Origin: Myxococcota bacterium
GTDB taxonomy: Bacteria > Myxococcota > Myxococcia > Myxococcales > Myxococcaceae
Length of the DNA stretch: 42,280 nt
Assembly: GCA_049322255.1 (NCBI GenBank)
Contig: JBMORE010000005.1
Location: 1-42,280 of the forward strand
Reading direction: 5' to 3'
The translations under genes and the position numbers were made by a program. Position 1 is the stretch's first letter, and each line of letters opens with the position of its first letter. Positions 35,648 through 42,280 of the stretch are shown here, piece after piece. Below the pieces are notes generated by a model, which was given only the letters and a program-made list of their open reading frames with translations, did not search any database and was not told where the DNA came from.

Positions 35648-37735
35648 TTAGCCGACGAGCTGCACCGGCTCACCCACCTCCGGGCGGGCCAGGGCGGAGA
35701 GCTGCTGGGGGGAAAGCTGCGCCTTGAGCTTGTTCACCATCTCCGGGCTGCCGGCATAGCGGTGATGCTCGGCGGTGAGGAGACTGGTGATGGGAGCCAG
35801 GCTCAAGTCTGCAGGGAAGTTGTAGCGGGCGATGAAGTTCTTCCAAATGTCGGCGTCCCGGTACCCCTCGTCGACCCTCAACGACTGGCCGAAGGCGATG
35901 AGCCCTGCCAGCTTGGCCTCCACCGGGCCCAGGTGCAGCTTGCCGCCTTGGGCAAGGTAACGGTTGAACTCGTAGATGGCGGTGGCGCGCAGGGCCTCTT
36001 CGCTCATGTGCGCGTAGCGCGAGCTCACCTGCATGCGAAACTCGCTCTTGCCATCGGCGCCCTTGGCCTGGCTGAAGCGCACCACGTCGCGCTCGCCCAT
36101 CTTCGGCTCAAACCAACCGAACGGCACCACCTTGGAGTCGGGGTTCACCTCTTCGAGAATGGAGCTGAACTCCGAGAGGGTGTTGATCATGTTCGCCGAC
36201 ACCAGCACCTTGGTGCCATCGAGCCGGTCGGCGGCGCGGCTCTGGCGCACCGGGGTGAACTCGCGCTGGGTGTCGTCGGCCACCTGCACCAGGTTGTAGT
36301 TGAAATGCTTGTCCAGGTAGTCGGCCTGGCCGTCGTTGTCGCGGTCGAGCACCTTCTCGCGGGTGACGGTGGAGATGGGGGTCAGGTAGTTGTCCCAGGT
36401 GCGCCCCACACCGATGTCCGCGGCGTCGTTCATTCGCTGGTGGATGACGCTCCAATCGGCACGCTCGGAGATGGACTTCACCAGGGCAAGAAGCGCCTGC
36501 ACCCCCTCGCCGGTGGTCATCTGCCCGTGACCATCGGTGTAGAAATTCGAGGCGGCGTAGGTGGTGACCACCTGGCAGTTGGGGTACTTCTCCTTCACCC
36601 GGTCGAGCACCCCCTTGCCCACGCACAGGTTGTAGAAGAGCAGCTTGCCGTCAGCGCCGTGGGGGGCTGGCGGCCCGCTCTTCACCGAGGCGGACATGTT
36701 GCGGCCCCAGTTCGAGTGCCCGTCGTAGCCGACCACGTGCACCTTGGAATCGTTCATCGCAGAGAGGATGTCGGTGCCCCCCTCGCGCACGTCGATACGG
36801 AACTTGGTCGGGCCAACGCCGGGTTTGTCGAAGGTCGCCTCGTAGGTGCTGACCCCGTAGGGGTCCTCGGTGCCCACCGGCTTGAAACCGGCCCTCTTCA
36901 GTTGGTTGGTGAAGCCCTTCCAGAACTCTCCGTGCCCCACCGTCCACGAGAGTCGCAGGGTGTCGTTTCCATTGGCGAACCACTTCTCGTAGGGAGGACG
37001 GATGGGCGCGAGCTCCTTCATCAGCCGGTCGGCGACCTCTTTCACCGGACCGCTCTTGGCCGCTTGGGCGTTGGCCAAGTGAAAAATCATGTTCTCCCGC
37101 AGGCGGGGGTCGGTCTCGGCGAGCACCTGCTTTTCGTACGCCGCAAGGAGCTGCCCGCGCAGGGCGGCTTCCGGCGACGCCTCGAGCAGGTGCAAGAGGG
37201 CCGTCGACGCCGAAGCACGCAGCTGTACCGCCTGTTGGGCATCGAGCCCTGAGGGCGCCGTCCCGCCGGCGGGCACTTTCGCAAGCGCCCCGCGCAGATT
37301 CTCCAGCATGGCGGCGCGGGTCGATTCCGGCAGCGGGGCAAAGACATTGCCCTGGGCATCGTCCACCACCGCCGCGGCCCGGTAGAGCGCATCACCCAGC
37401 TCGACATCGTTGGCCGGCGGCCGCCCGTCGGCATGCACGGTGAAACCACCATGGGAGGTGAGAAAGACCGGCGGGTACGCCCCCGAGGCGTCGAGGCTGA
37501 CCACCGACCCAGCCGGAGCGGCGGGAGTGAGGCCCTCGAGCAAGGCCTTCACCGTCTCCAGCGCCACGGGCTCGAAGAGGTCGGCATGCTCCTTGAGCAC
37601 ATTGCGCAGCTGCCACTTCTCCATGATGGAGACGATGCCGTTGGACTTCACCTTGTCGACGAGCGCCTTGGCCTCGTCGGCGGTGATGCGGCCGTCGGCC
37701 GCGAACTTTTCCCCCATGCGTCGGATGCTCGGCAT
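35648..37735 (-). CDS. Hypothetical 695-aa protein, possible clan CD (caspase/gingipain-like) cysteine peptidase domain
   Basis: GGAGG RBS; strong GC3 bias; VVGYDGHS..LLFYNLC motif pair; DRDNDGQADYLD Ca-loop; no signal peptide. The CDS call is confident, the function is tentative. Confidence 0.8.
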   Translation of the reverse strand: MPSIRRMGEKFAADGRITADEAKALVDKVKSNGIVSIMEKWQLRNVLKEHADLFEPVALETVKALLEGLTPAAPAGSVVSLDASGAYPPVFLTSHGGFTVHADGRPPANDVELGDALYRAAAVVDDAQGNVFAPLPESTRAAMLENLRGALAKVPAGGTAPSGLDAQQAVQLRASASTALLHLLEASPEAALRGQLLAAYEKQVLAETDPRLRENMIFHLANAQAAKSGPVKEVADRLMKELAPIRPPYEKWFANGNDTLRLSWTVGHGEFWKGFTNQLKRAGFKPVGTEDPYGVSTYEATFDKPGVGPTKFRIDVREGGTDILSAMNDSKVHVVGYDGHSNWGRNMSASVKSGPPAPHGADGKLLFYNLCVGKGVLDRVKEKYPNCQVVTTYAASNFYTDGHGQMTTGEGVQALLALVKSISERADWSVIHQRMNDAADIGVGRTWDNYLTPISTVTREKVLDRDNDGQADYLDKHFNYNLVQVADDTQREFTPVRQSRAADRLDGTKVLVSANMINTLSEFSSILEEVNPDSKVVPFGWFEPKMGERDVVRFSQAKGADGKSEFRMQVSSRYAHMSEEALRATAIYEFNRYLAQGGKLHLGPVEAKLAGLIAFGQSLRVDEGYRDADIWKNFIARYNFPADLSLAPITSLLTAEHHRYAGSPEMVNKLKAQLSPQQLSALARPEVGEPVQLVG

Positions 37736-37759
37736 CGCTTCCTCCCCAAAGACGTGACG

Positions 37760-39763
37760 TTAACGCAATAGCCCCTGTACCGCCTCGACCACCCGCGCGG
37801 GAGTGAAGCCGAGCTTTTCCAAATTGACCTTCTCCGGCGCCGAGGCGCCATAGCGGTCCAGACCGATGGCCACCCCGCGGTCGCCAATCCACCTCTGCCA
37901 GCCAAAAGTGACGCCCGCCTCAATCGACACCCGCGCGGTGACGGCCGCCGGCAGCACCGACTCGCGGTACTCCAGGCTCTGGGCAGCGAAAGCCTCGAAG
38001 CAGGGCATGGACACCACGCGGGTGGCAATCCCCTCCTTCGCCAAAAGCTCCTGCGCCGCGAGGGCCAGGTGAACCTCCGAACCGGTGGCGATAAGGAGCG
38101 CGTGCGGCTTGCCCCCGCGCGCCTCGGAGAGCACGTACGCCCCGCGGGCCACTCCGGCGGCGCTGCCCAGCTTCTGCCGGTCGAGGGTGGGCACCTTCTG
38201 GCGGGTGAGCACCAGGGCGGTGGGCCCCTCCTTGCGGCGCACCGCGAGCTTCCACGCCTCCACCGCCTCGTTGGCGTCGGCGGGGCGCACCACGTACAGG
38301 TTGGGCACCGTGCGCAGCGCCATCAGATGCTCCACCGGCTGGTGGGTGGGGCCGTCCTCCCCCAGAGCGATGGAGTCATGCGTCCACACGTACACCGCCG
38401 GCAGGTGGTTGAGTGCCGCCAAGCGCACCGCCGGGCGCATGTAGTCGCTGAAGGCGAAGAACGTCGCGGTGAACGGGCGCAGCCCACCGTGGTAGCAGAT
38501 GCCGTTGGCGATGGCGCCCATCGCGTGCTCGCGCACGCCGAAGTGGATGTTGCGCCCCGCTCCCGTCTGCCCGTTGAAAGAGCCCTGGTCCTTGAGCACG
38601 GTCATCGTCGATCCGCCCAAGTCGGCGTCGCCGCCGAAAAGCTCCGGCAGCTTCTGCGCCAGCGCGTTCAAGACTTTGCCTGCCGAGGCGCGGGTGGCCA
38701 GCGCCTCCCCGGGCTGGAAGGCGGGAAGGTTCTCCTCCCAGCCGTCGGGCAGATCGGCGGCGGCGACGCGCAAGAAGTCTTGGGCCAGCTCGGGAAAGGC
38801 CTTGGCGTAGGCGTCGAAGCGGGCCAGCCAGGAAGCCTGCGCCCTCTTCCCGCGCTCCTGCGCCGTACCAAAGTGCGCCTTGGCCTCCTCGGGGATGAAG
38901 AACTTCTTCTCCGCATCCCAGCCGAGGGCCTTTTTGGTGAGCGCCACCTCCTCCACCCCCAAAGGGCTGCCGTGCGCGGCGGCGGTGCCCTTCTTGTGGG
39001 GCGAGCCGAAGCCGATGGTGGTCTTGATGATGAGGAGCGAGGGCCGCGCGGTGTCGGCCTCGGCGGCCAAGAGCGCCTGGTCGATGCCGGCCAAGTCTTC
39101 GTCACCGTTGGCCACGGTGAGTACCTGCCAGCCGTAGGCCTCGTAACGTTTGCCCACATCCTCGGTGAAGGTGAGGTGCGCCGGCCCATCGAGGGTGACG
39201 TCGTTGGCGTCGTAGAGACAGATGAGCTTGCCGAGCTTGAGGTGCCCGGCGAGGGAGGCCGCTTCGCAGGCCACGCCCTCCATCACGTCGCCGTCGGAGA
39301 TGAGCGCGTAGGTGCGGTGGTCGATGAGGGTGTGCCCGGGGCGGTTGAACCGATGCGCCAGGGCGCGCTCGGCGATTGCCATACCCACCGCGTTGGCGTG
39401 GCCCTGGCCCAAGGGGCCGGTGGTGGCCTCGACGCCGGGGGTGAGGTCGACCTCGGGATGGCCGGGGGTGCGGCTTCCCCACTGTCGGAAGGCGAGCAGG
39501 TCGTCCATCCCGAGCTGGTAGCCGGTGAGATGGAGCAGCCCGTAGAGCAGCATGCTTCCGTGGCCGGCGGAGAGGACGAAGCGGTCGCGGTCCATCCACT
39601 TGGGGTCGGCGGGGTTGTGCTTCAAGTGCCGCTGCCACAGGACGTAGGCCATCGGGGCCGCGCCCATAGGCAGGCCGGGGTGACCCGAGTCGGCCTTCTG
39701 CACGGCGTCGATCGCCAGCGTGCGCAAGGTGTTGATGCAGAGACGATCCAACGACTGGGACAT
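37760..39763 (-). CDS. tkt: Transketolase
   Basis: [58 protein letters not shown]. Confidence 0.98.
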   Translation of the reverse strand: MSQSLDRLCINTLRTLAIDAVQKADSGHPGLPMGAAPMAYVLWQRHLKHNPADPKWMDRDRFVLSAGHGSMLLYGLLHLTGYQLGMDDLLAFRQWGSRTPGHPEVDLTPGVEATTGPLGQGHANAVGMAIAERALAHRFNRPGHTLIDHRTYALISDGDVMEGVACEAASLAGHLKLGKLICLYDANDVTLDGPAHLTFTEDVGKRYEAYGWQVLTVANGDEDLAGIDQALLAAEADTARPSLLIIKTTIGFGSPHKKGTAAAHGSPLGVEEVALTKKALGWDAEKKFFIPEEAKAHFGTAQERGKRAQASWLARFDAYAKAFPELAQDFLRVAAADLPDGWEENLPAFQPGEALATRASAGKVLNALAQKLPELFGGDADLGGSTMTVLKDQGSFNGQTGAGRNIHFGVREHAMGAIANGICYHGGLRPFTATFFAFSDYMRPAVRLAALNHLPAVYVWTHDSIALGEDGPTHQPVEHLMALRTVPNLYVVRPADANEAVEAWKLAVRRKEGPTALVLTRQKVPTLDRQKLGSAAGVARGAYVLSEARGGKPHALLIATGSEVHLALAAQELLAKEGIATRVVSMPCFEAFAAQSLEYRESVLPAAVTARVSIEAGVTFGWQRWIGDRGVAIGLDRYGASAPEKVNLEKLGFTPARVVEAVQGLLR

Positions 39764-39790
39764 GGTCGCTCCGGTGAAAGGCAGATGTCG

Positions 39791-40342
39791 CTACTGCTCG
39801 TCGCCAGCGAGGTAGCTCAAGATGACTTCGTCGAGGCTTTTTTCCGAGATGAGGTCTTCGCCAAAGAGCGTCTCCACCCCCACCTCGTTGATTTTGGGCT
39901 GCACCGTCATCGCCCGGGCGGCCAACACCTCGGGGGGCAGCTGCGGCGGAGCCTGGGGAGCCAGCGCCACCGGCAGCTTGACGCCTCCTTTGCCGTCCAG
40001 AGTGGGCTTGGCCTCGCCTTCGGCGGCGAGCTGACCCGGCTGGTAGTGCCGCACCCCACCCGCCGCGTCGATGTTGTCGTACACCCCGTTGATGAGATTG
40101 CGCAGCATCTCCTTGTGCTGCTCCTCCATCAGCTCGCGCACCACCTCCGCCAAGTTCTCGGCGTTGAGAATGTCGGCGTACGACGTCTTCTTCGAGGCGA
40201 GGATGTTTCCGCCCACGAACAGGTGGGTGATGATGTGGGGGTTGTTGACGCCCGAGTCCTCCGTCTGGACGTGGTAGACCTTCCCCTTGTGCTTGATGTT
40301 GTGGTTGAAGCCGGTGACGGCCTTCTCGAAGGTCTTCGCCAT
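39791..40342 (-). CDS. romY: RomY-like polarity protein (MglB co-GAP in Myxococcus)
   Basis: Conserved ~89-aa N-domain (GFNHNIKHKGKVYHVQTEDSG..ITHLFVGGNILASKK..MEEQHKEMLRNLINGVYD), Pro/Ala linker and C-terminal SLDEVILSYL motif match my recollection of RomY architecture; lies near ftsEX. Confidence 0.75.
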   Translation of the reverse strand: MAKTFEKAVTGFNHNIKHKGKVYHVQTEDSGVNNPHIITHLFVGGNILASKKTSYADILNAENLAEVVRELMEEQHKEMLRNLINGVYDNIDAAGGVRHYQPGQLAAEGEAKPTLDGKGGVKLPVALAPQAPPQLPPEVLAARAMTVQPKINEVGVETLFGEDLISEKSLDEVILSYLAGDEQ

Positions 40343-40385
40343 GGTGTGGAAGCCGAGGCAACGTAGCAGTCGCGGATCTGCTTTA

Positions 40386-40994
40386 TCAAGGTAACGTCGC
40401 GCCCAGCTGGAGAAGATCCTCCGTGGTGTTGAGCGAGCGCACCGCCCAAAGCCGCGGGTCGATCGCGCGCAGCGCCCGCTCGGGCAGCACGCGTACACTC
40501 CCTTCGGCGAGGAGAGAGCGCAGCGACGGGTGGGCCGAAAGCCGCTCTCGCCAACGCTTCGCCAAGCAGGCTCGGTACGCTCCCGGCAAAGGCTCCAGCT
40601 GGCCCGCCACCTCGAAGCACACGGTCTCCACCTCCTCCGAGCGGGCGGCCAGGAGCACGTCCACCACCTCGGGCGTGACGAAGGGCATGTCGCACCCCAC
40701 CGCCACCACCCAGGGAGTGCGCGCCGCCGCCAGCGCCGCCTGCACCCCGCCCGGAGCGCCTCGGTGGGCCGCCTCGTCGCCCACCGACGAAAGCCCGAAG
40801 CGTGCGTACGGCGAAGGGTCGTCGGCGATCAACAGCGTCTTTTCGAACCTGGGCGCCAGCGCCAACAGCCGCTCGAGCACCGTTCGCCCCTCGACTTGGA
40901 GAAGCCCCTTGGGCACTCCGCCCAGGCGGCGCCCTTTCCCCCCGGCGAGAATTGCCAGAGTCGCACCGCGCCCGTCCGCTACGATGGAGGCCAC
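40386..40994 (-). CDS. mobA: Molybdenum cofactor guanylyltransferase MobA
   Basis: AILAGGKGRRLGG..PKGLL, GAPGGVQAAL, VGCDMPFV, EPLPGAY, NTTED. Start uncertain (GTG 40994). Confidence 0.9.
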   Translation of the reverse strand: MASIVADGRGATLAILAGGKGRRLGGVPKGLLQVEGRTVLERLLALAPRFEKTLLIADDPSPYARFGLSSVGDEAAHRGAPGGVQAALAAARTPWVVAVGCDMPFVTPEVVDVLLAARSEEVETVCFEVAGQLEPLPGAYRACLAKRWRERLSAHPSLRSLLAEGSVRVLPERALRAIDPRLWAVRSLNTTEDLLQLGATLP

Positions 40995-41006
40995 GAAGCC
41001 AAACCT

Positions 41007-42254
41007 ATGATCTCGCTCCTTCAGGCGCGAACCCTCGCCCTCGCCAGCGTGAGCGCCGGCCCCATCGTTCGGGTGCCGCTGCTCGACGCCCGCGGGCTGT
41101 TCTTGGCGGAGACCATCCACGCCCCCCGTGACATGCCCGCGTACGACAGCTCGGCGACCGATGGCTTCGCCGTGCAGGCCCAAGACACGCGCGGAGCCAA
41201 GCGTGATTCGCTGCGATGGCTGAAGATCATCGGCTCGGTGTTCGCCGGCGCCCCGGTGCCCGACCGCGACCTGCAAGCGGGCGAGGCCTACCGCATTTTC
41301 GCCGGGGCGCCGATTCCCTACGGGGCTGACGCGGTGCTGCGCCAGGAGCTCGCCCGCGACGACGGCCAAAAAGCCGCGGTCTTCGCCGAGGTCGAGCCCG
41401 GCGAGAACGTGCGCCGGCGTGGAGAGGAGCTCACCGAGAGACAGGTGGTCTTTGCCGCCGGGCATCGGCTCGACGCGCGCTCGGTGGGCGTGCTCGCTTC
41501 GATGGGCCTTGCCGCTGCGCGCGTACGCCCTTCTCCCCGGGTGGCGATCATCGTCGTCGGTGAAGAGTGGTTCGCTCCAGGCACCCCCGTCCTCTCCCAC
41601 CAGACCTATGACGGCATCGGGCCCTTGCTCGCCGCCTTGTGCGCTGACGGAGGCGCCGAGGTGCTGGCGATCGAGCGTTCCGCCGATCGCGACGAGGAGA
41701 TCGAGCGCGCGCTCGGGCGCCACCTGTCCCGCGCCGATCTCTTGCTCACCGCCGGCGGAGCTTCCGCCCGCGTCAAACACGTGCTGGCCTCGCGGGGAGC
41801 GACGCTGGGGTTCGAGGGGGTGGCGCTCACGCCAGGCAAATCCGCGAGCCTGGCATTGTGGAACGGGGTGCCCATCTGCCTCCTCCCGGCGAGCCCCGCC
41901 GCCGCCGCCGTGGCCTTCGATCAGCTCGCGCGGCCCATGCTCCTCGCGCGGCAGGGAGTGCTGGAGAAGCGCCGCGTCGAACGGGTGCGGCTCGACGCGA
42001 AGCACCGAAAACACCCGGAGGTCCTTCACCTGTTGAGCGCCCACCTCGACCGGCGTCCCGACGGGTCGTGGGCACGGGTGCGCACGTCGGGCGCAGGGCA
42101 GCTTCTGCACCACGTGGGGAGCGACGGGTGGGTGGTGCTTCCTGTCGGAAAAGCCGAGCTCGCCGCGGGTGAAGAAGTCGACCTCGAGCTCTTCGCCAGC
42201 CCTTCCTACCGCCCCCTGTTCGCGCGCGACAACCCCGAGGAGACCACCCGGTAG
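41007..42254 (+). CDS. moeA: MoeA/gephyrin-like molybdopterin molybdotransferase homolog (divergent)
   Basis: DMPAYDSSATDGFAV, RIFAGAPIPYGADAV, ENVRRRGEE, PGKS, LPASP, SDGWVVLP; full-length fold but many catalytic motifs altered. Confidence 0.82.
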   Translation: MISLLQARTLALASVSAGPIVRVPLLDARGLFLAETIHAPRDMPAYDSSATDGFAVQAQDTRGAKRDSLRWLKIIGSVFAGAPVPDRDLQAGEAYRIFAGAPIPYGADAVLRQELARDDGQKAAVFAEVEPGENVRRRGEELTERQVVFAAGHRLDARSVGVLASMGLAAARVRPSPRVAIIVVGEEWFAPGTPVLSHQTYDGIGPLLAALCADGGAEVLAIERSADRDEEIERALGRHLSRADLLLTAGGASARVKHVLASRGATLGFEGVALTPGKSASLALWNGVPICLLPASPAAAAVAFDQLARPMLLARQGVLEKRRVERVRLDAKHRKHPEVLHLLSAHLDRRPDGSWARVRTSGAGQLLHHVGSDGWVVLPVGKAELAAGEEVDLELFASPSYRPLFARDNPEETTR

Positions 42255-42259
42255 CCCGG

Positions 42260-42280
42260 GCCCTGTTCTTTCCACAGGGC
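42260..42280 (+). terminator. Stem-loop after moeA (possible terminator, runs to window edge)
   Basis: GCCCTGT-N7-ACAGGGC just after the stop codon; a U-tract cannot be assessed. Confidence 0.35.

Noticed and set aside
38069..40366. Long antisense ORFs (e.g. 38069-40366, 19778-22108, 15002-16684, 35762-37252, 17955-19004)
   Set aside because: Shadow frames of real genes, typical of high-GC DNA; no motifs.
40386..42275. 629-aa ORF suggesting a MobA fusion
   Set aside because: The N-terminal ~430 aa are the antisense shadow of moeA; MobA motifs begin only near 40970.

Overview
GC-rich bacterial window, almost certainly from a myxobacterium (RomY homolog, tandem-PilZ protein, MYXO-CTERM-like motif, many Cys-rich lipoproteins). 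It contains one 100-N scaffold gap. The core backbone is ftsY (5'-truncated), an M1 aminopeptidase, PEGA proteins and lipoproteins, and a minus-strand envelope/division run (ftsE-ftsX-envC, then an alpha/beta hydrolase, S41 protease, PEGA protein, Cys-rich lipoprotein, ddl and a Csl-like GT2), followed by tkt, romY, mobA and a degenerate moeA. Accessory-looking inserts include a 1708-aa Ser/Thr kinase-AAA-TPR-GAF-HisKA hybrid with an eroded HATPase domain, a beta-helix lipoprotein, an RCC1-repeat lipoprotein, an AmmeMemoRadiSam pair (Memo-AMMECR1 fusion plus radical SAM) and a 695-aa protein with a caspase/gingipain-like His-Cys dyad. The clearest structural signal is a RelE/ParE-RHH toxin-antitoxin cassette bracketed by a ~50-bp direct repeat of envC coding sequence, with a decayed copy of the envC 3' end on the far side. 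This is an integration-scar pattern, but no integrase is present. No rRNA, tRNA or CRISPR array was seen. All calls come from motif recognition by eye, with no database searches.
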